A DNA stretch of 64,000 nucleotides from an uncultured bacterium (GTDB lineage Bacteria; Actinomycetota; Actinomycetes; Nanopelagicales; Nanopelagicaceae): positions 8,080-72,079 of the forward strand of contig CAXBQM010000001.1 of the NCBI GenBank assembly GCA_963978235.1, written 5' to 3'. The notes beneath the pieces are model-generated. The model saw nothing but the letters and a program-made list of their open reading frames with translations. It had not been told where the DNA came from and made no database searches. This document shows positions 11,634-20,310 of the stretch, one piece after another (the stretch's first letter is position 1; every line of letters begins with the position of its first letter). The position numbers and the translations under genes were made by a program.

Positions 11634-14600
11634 GCGAGTTCCTCAATGGGCACTTCACGTCGACGTCGGCCACGCGGTGACGCGAGAATTATCAAAGTTA
11701 ATATGAAAATGAACTGCAACGAGATGAGCGCTCTTCTTTGAGTGCCATCGTGGAAAATTTGAATAACTCCTTTTTCCGGGATTGAAAAGGCGGGATATCC
11801 CTCTGGAGATTTCTCAATTGGTAACGATCGGCCATTGAAAAGCAGTTTCCATTTGCCATCAAATTTCTCAGCGATGACGAGCGTGCCCTTACTTGGCGCA
11901 ATTGTTTTTGCACCAATGTCACCGCTTGCAACCTCAAGCGTTGAAGCATCGGCAAAGGTGAGTGAAATTCTGGTGCGGGCATTTGTAATTTTCCAGGAAA
12001 TTCCATCTTTAGTCGCAGCTGAACGAGTAAAGCCGCCAATTCCATCGATTGTGCGCACTAAATCTTGATCGATAGGTTGCGAGAGGAAGAGATATTTAAT
12101 TCCAAAATTCCCAAGAACTTGGCTGCTTGCCACTCCTACGCCAGTAACCAAATCTCCGACCGCTTCATTCACTCGAGCATCGACGTCGTACAGCGGATCT
12201 GCATCACCGAGTTCTAAACTCGTATCGCGGGCAATGAAATACGTGATGCTGTTCTTCTGTGAAGTAATGACAAGAGTTTTATATCGAGATGGTGTTTCAC
12301 CGCTAGCGCTGATGTAGGCAGGTAATTTTGCTTGATGGCTACTTGTCACTACTGATTTCGCTCCAACTGATACCCACCACACTGAGCTCACGAGAATTGA
12401 TATGAATGACAATGCAGAAATCACCAGAGTAAGAAGGTGTCGATAACCAACATGCGAAGTGGAGAGCAGGGGCAGATGCCGATTACCAAGAAGCACTGCC
12501 GAAATTACGGAAGCGAATGTAGCGAGAACTAACAAGCTCCCCACATATGGTGTGAGCGGTTGAAAGTTTCCATGGCCAGCAACTGGAAATAATGTCGCAA
12601 GAATCGCAACTGAAAAACACGTCAGTGAAAGTTCGCCGTAAACCCGTGTGACGGAACTGAATAATGCAACGAGGGCGATAACTAGCGCAGGGGAAATGAT
12701 CCATATCGGCAGACCCAATATTCCACCTGGATTTCCCAAAAGGATCTTGAGGTAATTATCTGAAGCTACTTGAAGTCCGGGTTCGATCAGAAAGCGGGAT
12801 GGATGTCGTAACAAAGTGGCAGACCAAGGAAACCCAACTAAGAGTGGGACTCCTAGGAGCGAAATAAATCGCGCACCTTCTTGCGTGAAAAATTTTCTCG
12901 CCACAAATTCTCGCGCACGAATGAGTTGATAGACGTAGGGAAACGCTTTGATACTCTGCCACAAAACAACGGTGAGAAAGAGTAAAGGCGAGAAAAAGAA
13001 AATTAAGGAGTCACACAGAGCTAAAAAGAAAACTCGGGGCCACGTAATCTCTGTGATGGATCGCTGCACTAACGTGCCGCAATAAAATGGAATAAGCACC
13101 GCAACAACGAGCGTGCCAAAAGTACCTACATGGATGGAATTAAGGATTGCGGGCGAGAGCGCAAAAAGTCCAGCACCGCTTAAAGCAATAACTCGGTTCT
13201 TTGTATATCTCCTCGCAAATTTATACGTTAAGACAAAGACGAGTGGCACTGCTATGAGAAAGAGAGTTGTAAAGAAGAATTTGAGATTTCCCAATGTGAG
13301 CAGACTTGCCACACCAAGCATGAATATCCATGGTGAGGCGCTGGCGCTACTTCCCTGTCCTACCGTATGCCACGACTCGGTATATTTTCGAAGTAAATCA
13401 ACGCCACTAGCCGGCACTGGCGAAAGCGCTCCACCGGCAATATCACCCAAACGATTTCGCGAAGCAATAAGGGTCAGAACTATCAGTGCACCTGTGAAAA
13501 TATAGATAGGTCGCGAGAAGAAAGATTTCAATTTAGCAAATTGCTCGTCATCGGTAAAAAGTTCATCGCTTTCATCACTTGAAATATCTTCTTTACCGAG
13601 ATTAATTGTCGGAAGTGTGAGTTCTTCTTGTTCGTCAGCTTCGCCCTTAATCCAACCAGTCTGCGCACTTCTTCGATCAAAGTAGCGAGATATCGCTGCA
13701 CGTGCTCGGTCCAGTGCCAGGCTAATTTGGCTGCCTCGAGGTGGAATAAATTCAGCGATAATTCGAGAAGAGAGCAACCGTACTTTTCTCCGCTTTTTTC
13801 GAGCATCGAAAATCAATGTGGGCTTGATAAAAAGTAGACCAACTGCAGCAACTTCATCTGCTGCGTATCCAGGTAACTTAGCAATGAGATATCCGATAGA
13901 TCTCGCAACGGCTGAAAAGAGAAGTTGCACTGTTATAAGGGGTAACCACCACCATGATGCATTTGCAAGAAGTACATAGGCTGCATTGCGACGATCGAGT
14001 AATAATGGACGACGAAGAAATGCTTCGGAGACATCTACCGAACGTCGTTCACTCGACGCAGCTTCGGCGTGATACAGCAGAGCATCAGAGACAGCAATGA
14101 CAGAGTGTCCGGCAGTTCGAACGCGCCAACCAAAATCAACATCATCGCGAAAGAGCGAGAGGTTCGGATCTAAGCCACCAATCTCTTCGTAAACATCCCG
14201 GCGTACAAGTGCTCCGGCAGTATTCACTGCCAAAACTTCACGGATGCCATCGTGTTGGCCTTGGTCTTGTTCGCGATACTCCATTCCTGTCCATCGCGCG
14301 CCATTGGGTGCAATGCTTACGCCCATTTCAAGAATATGACTACGGTCGTACCAGCCGAGAATTTTTGGCCCAGCGACTGCAACGTTGGGTCGTTCATCAA
14401 CTGCATTAATCAATTCTGATAACGCGCTCTTTGCTGGCGCTGAATCATCATGAATAAACCAGAGCCACTCAACAATTTTTTCGTCAGCGCTACGTTGTTT
14501 AACTCGTGGCGTTTTACTTAGCGCTTCATTTATTGCATCCCCAAAACCAGTTCCGCGAGGCATCGAAAAAGTTTTGAAATCAGAACTTCGTAAAAGTTTT

Positions 14601-14755
14601 AATGAGTTATCGTGTGATTCGGTATCAATTGCAATTGCGTTATCGATGGGATAACTCTGTGAAGCTAGCGCGGCAACAACTTTTGGAATCCACGTTTCAC
14701 CATCATGCGCCACCAATATTGCAGTGACATGATGGCGTGTATTTATTTCGGCCAT
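11630..14755 (-). CDS. Large glycosyltransferase family 2 protein with a polytopic membrane C-terminal region (1041 aa)
   Basis: N-terminal GT-A domain (ILVAHDGETW..., DxD-like FIHDDS) followed by more than 10 hydrophobic segments. Confidence 0.8.
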   Translation of the reverse strand: MAEINTRHHVTAILVAHDGETWIPKVVAALASQSYPIDNAIAIDTESHDNSLKLLRSSDFKTFSMPRGTGFGDAINEALSKTPRVKQRSADEKIVEWLWFIHDDSAPAKSALSELINAVDERPNVAVAGPKILGWYDRSHILEMGVSIAPNGARWTGMEYREQDQGQHDGIREVLAVNTAGALVRRDVYEEIGGLDPNLSLFRDDVDFGWRVRTAGHSVIAVSDALLYHAEAASSERRSVDVSEAFLRRPLLLDRRNAAYVLLANASWWWLPLITVQLLFSAVARSIGYLIAKLPGYAADEVAAVGLLFIKPTLIFDARKKRRKVRLLSSRIIAEFIPPRGSQISLALDRARAAISRYFDRRSAQTGWIKGEADEQEELTLPTINLGKEDISSDESDELFTDDEQFAKLKSFFSRPIYIFTGALIVLTLIASRNRLGDIAGGALSPVPASGVDLLRKYTESWHTVGQGSSASASPWIFMLGVASLLTLGNLKFFFTTLFLIAVPLVFVLTYKFARRYTKNRVIALSGAGLFALSPAILNSIHVGTFGTLVVAVLIPFYCGTLVQRSITEITWPRVFFLALCDSLIFFFSPLLFLTVVLWQSIKAFPYVYQLIRAREFVARKFFTQEGARFISLLGVPLLVGFPWSATLLRHPSRFLIEPGLQVASDNYLKILLGNPGGILGLPIWIISPALVIALVALFSSVTRVYGELSLTCFSVAILATLFPVAGHGNFQPLTPYVGSLLVLATFASVISAVLLGNRHLPLLSTSHVGYRHLLTLVISALSFISILVSSVWWVSVGAKSVVTSSHQAKLPAYISASGETPSRYKTLVITSQKNSITYFIARDTSLELGDADPLYDVDARVNEAVGDLVTGVGVASSQVLGNFGIKYLFLSQPIDQDLVRTIDGIGGFTRSAATKDGISWKITNARTRISLTFADASTLEVASGDIGAKTIAPSKGTLVIAEKFDGKWKLLFNGRSLPIEKSPEGYPAFSIPEKGVIQIFHDGTQRRALISLQFIFILTLIILASPRGRRRREVPIEELA

Positions 14756-14798
14756 AGTGTTGTCACCACCTCGCCGACTGAATAAGCCGAGTCGAAAT

Positions 14799-15089
14799 TT
14801 AAGCGGGTCTACGCTTCAAACGGCGTCGTTCACGCTCTGATAGTCCGCCCCAGATTCCGAATCGTTCATCGTGAGCTAGTGCGTACTCGAGACATTCTGA
14901 GCGAACTTCACATGACATGCAAACGCGCTTCGCTTCTCGAGTCGACCCACCTTTCTCAGGAAAAAAAGCTTCAGGGTCAGTCTGCGCACAGAGCGCACGC
15001 TCCTGCCAGGAAAGTTCGACTATTTCGCCATTACCTAATTGAATGCTTGGACCGACGTTGGAATATTCACTGCGTCGAAGTTCAGACAT
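14799..15089 (-). CDS. whiB: WhiB-family transcription factor (WhiB/WhiB2 type)
   Basis: Four Cys residues (C..., CMSCEVRSEC), GIWGG turn, and a basic tail RERRRLKRR. Strong SD GGAGAAGG upstream. Confidence 0.9.
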   Translation of the reverse strand: MSELRRSEYSNVGPSIQLGNGEIVELSWQERALCAQTDPEAFFPEKGGSTREAKRVCMSCEVRSECLEYALAHDERFGIWGGLSERERRRLKRRPA

Positions 15090-15165
15090 CTACCTTCTCC
15101 TCAAGTCACTTCGATCTGATTGATTCAGTCCGAAGGGGCCCCCTGAGCGGCGGCGCTACTGGCTG

Positions 15166-15183
15166 AATTACACGCGTGTTATT
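15166..15183. promoter_or_regulatory. Palindromic candidate operator overlapping the putative whiB promoter
   Basis: Perfect 10-bp palindrome ACACGCGTGT (15170..15179). It extends to an 18-bp palindrome, AATtACACGCGTGTtATT, with one mismatched pair. Confidence 0.3.
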
Positions 15184-15195
15184 CGTTTGAGTCAA
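15167..15195 (-). promoter_or_regulatory. Candidate sigma-70-type promoter of whiB (TTGACT-N17-TGTAAT)
   Basis: Minus-sense TTGACT at 15195..15190, a 17-nt spacer, then TGTAAT at 15172..15167. The -10 lies about 78 nt upstream of the whiB ATG. Confidence 0.35.
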
Positions 15196-15208
15196 GTCCT
15201 GAAAAGGG

Positions 15209-16186
15209 TCAAAATCCCAAAATCGCAGAATTTTCGTGAGAATTCTCGCTTATCACTGCATTTTCGCGCACAAAACAATTAATTAATGTGGAATGCGCGC
15301 CAATGTGTGCGCCAGGTTCAATAATCGAGCCAGAAATTGTGCAATGACTTCCAATTGAAGCACCAGTTCCAATAAAACTTCCCTCCCCAATAACGGCATC
15401 GTGCGCAATCTGTGCACCAGGTTCAATCAGCGCTTTCGCAGAGTGGGTTGGTGTAGCCGGAGATGAAAAGACTCCGGAAAGTAAATCTCGAGATGCTTTG
15501 ATTAAAGCCGATGGCGTTCCAATATCGAGCCAATAACTGCGATCAACGAAACCTTTTACAGTGAAACCTTGCTCAAGTATTTTTGGAAAAGTTTCCCGTT
15601 CAACGCTGACAACCCTGCCATCTGGAATCATTGAGAAAACTGAAGTATCAAAGATGTAACAGCCCGCATTAATGAGATTGGTTACTGGGTTCTCCATTTT
15701 CTCTAAGAAGGCAGAGACATTTCCCTGTTCATCAATGGGTACACATCCAAAAGCGCGGGCATCCGAAACTTCAGTGAGATACAACGTCACTGCAGATTTT
15801 TCGCGGTGGTGAAAAGAAATCTGACCGGCAAGATCATGACCGCTCAATACATCACCATTGAAGATGACAACTGAATCGCCAGGTTGTAAATCTAAAATAT
15901 TGCGCGCATTCTTAATTGCGCCACCTGTACCAAGAGCTTCTTTCTCAACGGCATAATGAATTTTTAATCCAAACTTTGAACCATCGCCAAAATATGGTTC
16001 GAAGACTTCTGCCATAAATGATGTGGCCAGCACTATTTCCGAAATTCCCGCAGCTTTAGCTTTCAATAATTGATGAAGGGTAAAAGGCACGCCCGCTACT
16101 TTTAACATGGGTTTTGGAGTTTTTTCCGTTAAAGGAAGTAGTCGAGTACCTCGTCCACCAACCAGCAAAATCCCTTTAGTTGCCAT
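15209..16186 (-). CDS. manC: Mannose-1-phosphate guanylyltransferase-like sugar nucleotidyltransferase with a left-handed beta-helix C-terminus
   Basis: LLVGGRGTRLLPLTEKTPKPML signature and C-terminal hexapeptide repeats. I chose the start at ATG 16186 (MATKGILLVGG); the longest ORF starts at GTG 16210. Confidence 0.8.
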   Translation of the reverse strand: MATKGILLVGGRGTRLLPLTEKTPKPMLKVAGVPFTLHQLLKAKAAGISEIVLATSFMAEVFEPYFGDGSKFGLKIHYAVEKEALGTGGAIKNARNILDLQPGDSVVIFNGDVLSGHDLAGQISFHHREKSAVTLYLTEVSDARAFGCVPIDEQGNVSAFLEKMENPVTNLINAGCYIFDTSVFSMIPDGRVVSVERETFPKILEQGFTVKGFVDRSYWLDIGTPSALIKASRDLLSGVFSSPATPTHSAKALIEPGAQIAHDAVIGEGSFIGTGASIGSHCTISGSIIEPGAHIGAHSTLINCFVRENAVISENSHENSAILGF

Positions 16187-17240
16187 GAATAATTCGCTCT
16201 GCTGCTTCACTTATTTTCATATCTGTTGCGGTGAGTGCAACTCGAATGTATCTCGAACCAGCAGTTCCATAAAAACTTCCGGGCGTTGCAAGTATTCCGC
16301 GATCTGCCAACCAACCCACGCTCTCCCAATCACTCTCATTTCGAGTGCACCAGAGATAAAGTCCGGCACCGGAGAATTCAATGGTAAATCCAACTTTCTC
16401 TAGCGCTGACTTTAAAACTTTTCTTCGTGCTCGATAACGCTCTGCCTGAATAAGTACATGTGACTCGTCACCTAGTGCGGTTGTCATCGCATGTTGCACA
16501 GGAAGCGGAACCATCATGCCGGCATGTTTTCTAATCTCTAAAAGTTTCTTTATTAATGCGCTATCGCCAACAATAAATGCGCCACGGTACCCAGCGAAAT
16601 TAGATCGTTTTGATAATGAATGGACTGCGATGATGTTGGAGTTATCGCCATGTGTCAGTGACAGAATCGAAACTGGCGATTCAGTATCAGGAAACGGGAC
16701 GTAACATTCGTCGGAAGCAAGTACTCGGCCGGAAACTCGTGCCCATTCGATAGTGCGAAGTAATTCGGTTTTCGAATGAACTCGACCGGTGGGATTAGAA
16801 GGGGTATTAATCCATGTTAAATCGGCGTTGGGCCACTGTGCAGCATCGATTCCTACTTCGTGCACTTGCGCACCGGCAATCAGCGCCCCGACTTTGTAAC
16901 TTGGATATGCAATCTCCGGGATTAATACCGTTTGAGATTCGAGAAAAGTAGGTAACCAGGCAACGAGTTCTTTTGAGCCAATTGTCGGTAGAACATCGAA
17001 ATCTCCGCTAGCGCCCAACACATCGCGTGAATATTTCTTCAACGCGTCGCGCAACTCATTGGTACCGGCGGTCACGGGGTAAGAAGGTGAGTTCGAATTT
17101 TCTTGAAGCGAACGTTGAATGAAATCTGGAGTGGGGTCAACCGGTGTCCCTTGCGAAAGATCAATGATTCCGGCTGGAAATCGGCGAGCTCGGTCGCCAT
17201 ATGGAGCGAGGGTGTCCCAAGGGAAATCTGGAAGCTTCAC
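16176..17240 (-). CDS. dapC: Succinyldiaminopimelate aminotransferase (actinobacterial DapC type)
   Basis: Class I aminotransferase with PLP lysine region SLSKRSNFAGYR. N-terminus FPWDTLAPY...DLSQGTPVDPTP. Sits next to fdxA, as in mycobacteria. Confidence 0.8.
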   Translation of the reverse strand: MKLPDFPWDTLAPYGDRARRFPAGIIDLSQGTPVDPTPDFIQRSLQENSNSPSYPVTAGTNELRDALKKYSRDVLGASGDFDVLPTIGSKELVAWLPTFLESQTVLIPEIAYPSYKVGALIAGAQVHEVGIDAAQWPNADLTWINTPSNPTGRVHSKTELLRTIEWARVSGRVLASDECYVPFPDTESPVSILSLTHGDNSNIIAVHSLSKRSNFAGYRGAFIVGDSALIKKLLEIRKHAGMMVPLPVQHAMTTALGDESHVLIQAERYRARRKVLKSALEKVGFTIEFSGAGLYLWCTRNESDWESVGWLADRGILATPGSFYGTAGSRYIRVALTATDMKISEAAERIIHGN

Positions 17241-17270
17241 GAGCCCTCGTTCTCTGAAATGGCGTTAAAT

Positions 17271-17594
17271 TTATTCAGCAGGCTTTTTTTGAATGGCGAG
17301 AACAACTTTATGGTCACGACCGGTTGGACCAACTTTATTTGCTCCACCTGGTGAACCCAATTCCTCAAAAAATTCCGCGTTGGCGCTGGTGAATTCTTTC
17401 CATTGAGCAGGAACATCATCCTCATAATAAATCGCCTCTACGGGACAAACTGGCTCACATGCACCACAGTCCACACATTCATCGGGTTGAATGTAAAGCA
17501 TTCGCTCGCCTTCGTAGATGCAGTCGACTGGGCACTCTTCAATACATGACTTATCTTTTATATCTACACAAGGTTCAGCGATGATGTATGTCAT
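17271..17594 (-). CDS. fdxA: 7Fe ferredoxin
   Basis: MTYIIAEPCVDIKDKSCIEECPVDCIY...CVDCGACEPVCP. The start is at ATG 17594. The 60-codon upstream extension in the track has no ferredoxin-like sequence. Confidence 0.9.
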   Translation of the reverse strand: MTYIIAEPCVDIKDKSCIEECPVDCIYEGERMLYIQPDECVDCGACEPVCPVEAIYYEDDVPAQWKEFTSANAEFFEELGSPGGANKVGPTGRDHKVVLAIQKKPAE

Positions 17595-17601
17595 GGTCGA
17601 A

Positions 17602-17607
17602 ATAGTA
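17602..17607 (-). promoter_or_regulatory. -10 box TACTAT, 7 nt before the fdxA ATG (leaderless geometry)
   Basis: Minus-sense TACTAT-TTCGACC-ATG. Confidence 0.35.
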
Positions 17608-17630
17608 CAACTCTGAGGTAGAAATATCTT

Positions 17631-18593
17631 GTGAAGTACTCCGCTCAAGCCGTCAGTGCCGCGATTGGCCATCGGGTCTCGGTTCGACTCCGTAGCGATA
17701 ACGGTTATCAAGACTTGCTGGGTGTACTTGAAGCCCCCGATGCAATTAGAAAGCGAGATGGCTCGCTTGCACATTTTGATCCACGTTTGGTTTATGCCTG
17801 GCGGAAAGTTGAGAGTATTTCGGAAGTAGGTAAAGGGCTACCACTTTCACTTCGAATTAAGACGATTGAATTAGCGGCATTTCACACGTGGTTACCTCGC
17901 CATTATGAAGAGTGGGGTTCATGGCATCTCCGCATTGATGCTGGAATAACAAAACGAGCAAATTCGATTTTGGTACTCGGTGATCCACATAATAGTCAGA
18001 ACCTCGAGATTGAAAATGAAATAGCAAGTGCGCAGAAACTTTTCGATCAATCTCGTGTGCCATTAGTTTTTATGATTCCGCAACCGTTAGGTGAGAAAAC
18101 CCAAGAGTTTCTCCTTTCAAATAATTGGCGGATAACCGGTGAAATATTCACTTTAATCGGTGATGCAACGTTGATTGCCCCGCTCGATGAGACCATCGTC
18201 GAGGTAAGCGATCACCCTTCCGCAGAATGGCTTGCAGTTGAAGGCGACCATGCACTTCACGAACTCTTTAAACGTACACCTGCTTTCTATATTTCATTAC
18301 GGAAAGCAGGAGTAGTCGTGGCTAGGGGGCGCATCGGATTTGAAAATTCGTGGGGAATTCTCACCCGGATTTTTGTTGTTGAAAATGAACGTGGAAAAAA
18401 ATATGGCGAAGCAATTCTTCGTGCAGCTGCTGACATCGCCCGTTCCCAAGAGATTCGCCAACTTGCGTTACATGTTGATGCTGAGAACACGGCTGCCATA
18501 TCGCTTTATACAAACAATGGATTTCGACGCCACCATTCCGTTCACTTTTACGAGAAAGTGCCAGACGTTTTACCTGTCATAGGTTGCTGCTGA
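17631..18593 (+). CDS. GNAT-family N-acetyltransferase with an extra N-terminal domain (possibly cg3035/Rv0428c-like)
   Basis: C-terminal GNAT motif A region (RGKKYGEAILRAAADIA) and LYTNNGFR. The stop overlaps the cysS ATG by 1 nt (TGATG). Confidence 0.65.
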   Translation: MKYSAQAVSAAIGHRVSVRLRSDNGYQDLLGVLEAPDAIRKRDGSLAHFDPRLVYAWRKVESISEVGKGLPLSLRIKTIELAAFHTWLPRHYEEWGSWHLRIDAGITKRANSILVLGDPHNSQNLEIENEIASAQKLFDQSRVPLVFMIPQPLGEKTQEFLLSNNWRITGEIFTLIGDATLIAPLDETIVEVSDHPSAEWLAVEGDHALHELFKRTPAFYISLRKAGVVVARGRIGFENSWGILTRIFVVENERGKKYGEAILRAAADIARSQEIRQLALHVDAENTAAISLYTNNGFRRHHSVHFYEKVPDVLPVIGCC

Positions 18594-20002
18594 TGGATCT
18601 TTCACTGTATGACACGCACACTCGTATCGAGCAGATTATTTCTGCCCAAGATAACTCGGTCATAAAGATCTACTGCTGCGGGCCAACGGTTTATCGCGAT
18701 GCACATATCGGAAACCTGCGTACTTTTCTCCTTGCCGATCTGGTTGTTCGAGTTCTCCATCACCTGGGAAAGCAAACTCTGGTCGTGCAGAACATCACCG
18801 ATGTCGGACATATGACGGATGATTTTGAAGAGGACAAATTACTTGCACAGGGTAAAACTGAATCTCGTTCTGCGTTAGAAGTCGCACGTGATTATGAATC
18901 TCGATTTCATCGCGATCTTGCCCAACTCAATATTCAGCCCGCTGATCATTACCCACGAGCAAGTGAGTCGATTGACTTGATGCTTACTCATATTCAACGC
19001 CTGATCGATTTGGGTCACGCTTACATAGGAAGCGATCACACAATTTATTTCTCTGCTAAAAGTTTTCCTACGTATGGCGAATTAAGTGGAAATACCTTAG
19101 ACAAACTAAAACCTGGCCACCGGTATGACTATGTCGATGATGGCGCAAAAAACTTCCACGCCGATTGGGCGTTATGGAAGTCAGCGCAGCAACGGACGGA
19201 AATGGTCTGGAATTCGCCATGGGGAATTGGATTTCCCGGTTGGCATATTGAGTGCTCGGCTATGTCATTGAAATATCTCCATGGCCATGTTGATCTACAT
19301 ATTGGTGGCATTGATCTTCGATTTCCTCATCATGAGAATGAACGTGCGCAATCCAATCCACTCACAACAGATCATTCACGCCAACGAGCGAGTGCGGAAG
19401 CGGTTTCGCATTGGCTCCATGGTGAACACCTTCTCTTTGAGGGACGGAAAATGTCGAAGAGCGCCGGTAATGTGGTGTTGATTTCTCATATCATCGAAAA
19501 AGGTTTTGATCCGCTGGCATTACGTTTTTGTTTTCTTGAAAATAGATATCGAAGCCAGATGGACCTTTCCTGGGCTTCAATTTCGGCAGCGCACCACACA
19601 CTCAATAAATGGCGATCATTGGCGCAATTAGATGAACCTCTCAACGAAAAGACAAAAGATACTGTGAACGAAATTGTGCAGGAGATTATTCAAGCTTTTT
19701 GCGACGACCTTGATACACCACGCGCTATGCAGATTCTTCGAAATGTGATGAAGAGTTCCGTTTCCGAAAGCCAAAAAGGTGCAGTACTCCATGCAGTCGA
19801 ACCACTCTTTGGTTTGGCGTTGACTCGCCGCGTTGCTGCTCGTGATCTTTCGCCCGCAGCGCGTGAGTTACTCGAACAACGAGCTGCTGCTCGTGTCGCA
19901 AAGGATTTTAAGTTAAGCGATGCCTTGCGAGAGAAACTTGATGAAATAGGAATTGCAATTCACGATGGGCCAACGGGACAACGTTGGGAGTGGAAAATTT
20001 AG
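18593..20002 (+). CDS. cysS: Cysteine--tRNA ligase
   Basis: HIGN (HIGH motif), WHIECSAM, HHENE and KMSKS. The C-terminal tail RAAARVAKDFKLSDALREKLDEIGIAIHDGPTGQRWEW is typical of genuine CysRS. ATG 18593 is preferred to TTG 18584. Confidence 0.85.
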   Translation: MDLSLYDTHTRIEQIISAQDNSVIKIYCCGPTVYRDAHIGNLRTFLLADLVVRVLHHLGKQTLVVQNITDVGHMTDDFEEDKLLAQGKTESRSALEVARDYESRFHRDLAQLNIQPADHYPRASESIDLMLTHIQRLIDLGHAYIGSDHTIYFSAKSFPTYGELSGNTLDKLKPGHRYDYVDDGAKNFHADWALWKSAQQRTEMVWNSPWGIGFPGWHIECSAMSLKYLHGHVDLHIGGIDLRFPHHENERAQSNPLTTDHSRQRASAEAVSHWLHGEHLLFEGRKMSKSAGNVVLISHIIEKGFDPLALRFCFLENRYRSQMDLSWASISAAHHTLNKWRSLAQLDEPLNEKTKDTVNEIVQEIIQAFCDDLDTPRAMQILRNVMKSSVSESQKGAVLHAVEPLFGLALTRRVAARDLSPAARELLEQRAAARVAKDFKLSDALREKLDEIGIAIHDGPTGQRWEWKI

Positions 20003-20310
20003 GGAGTAAGCAAAGCCGCAATCAGCGCGCTGAGAAATCCCACAACAATGAAATAAGTTCCAGTAGTTCCGCCCGTGATTAATAATTCATCACCATTGCC
20101 GATCGTGCTCGCTCGCCACACGACAAACGCCCACCCAACCAGAGCAAAGAGTTTGATTCTTCGATCAAAATAATTCTGACCGATAAATCTCATGCCAAGA
20201 AAAGTTCCGGCAATTGCAATGAATAAGCCCACAGGTGGCCACGCGTTATGAATAAAAGATGATGCAATACCAAGGAGTGCGCCAAATAAGAGTCCGATAA
20301 TTATTTTCAT
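19999..20310 (-). CDS. Small integral membrane protein co-transcribed with mshB
   Basis: Four hydrophobic segments. The start overlaps the mshB stop by 4 nt. From memory, its position matches the small membrane gene downstream of mshB in mycobacteria. Confidence 0.55.
   Translation of the reverse strand: MKIIIGLLFGALLGIASSFIHNAWPPVGLFIAIAGTFLGMRFIGQNYFDRRIKLFALVGWAFVVWRASTIGNGDELLITGGTTGTYFIVVGFLSALIAALLTP

Noticed and set aside
15123-15168. Inverted repeat ATTCAG...CTGAAT in the whiB leader, considered as the terminator of the manC operon.
   Set aside because: It lies downstream of the best whiB promoter candidate and lacks a T-tract. It is kept only as an unexplained inverted repeat within the whiB-upstream finding.
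17595-17774. N-terminal extensions of track ORFs: fdxA to 17774, mshB to 21362, secA to 4270, pepA to 32149, the PHP gene to 24625, the MarC gene to 23714, the LOG gene to 34687, dapD from 34585, the DUF3107 gene from 21739, and the CoA-binding gene from 41912.
   Set aside because: The extensions have no homology-like sequence and overlap neighbouring genes. Internal starts give canonical family N-termini, often with ATGA/TAATG coupling or a TANNNT-N6/7 box.
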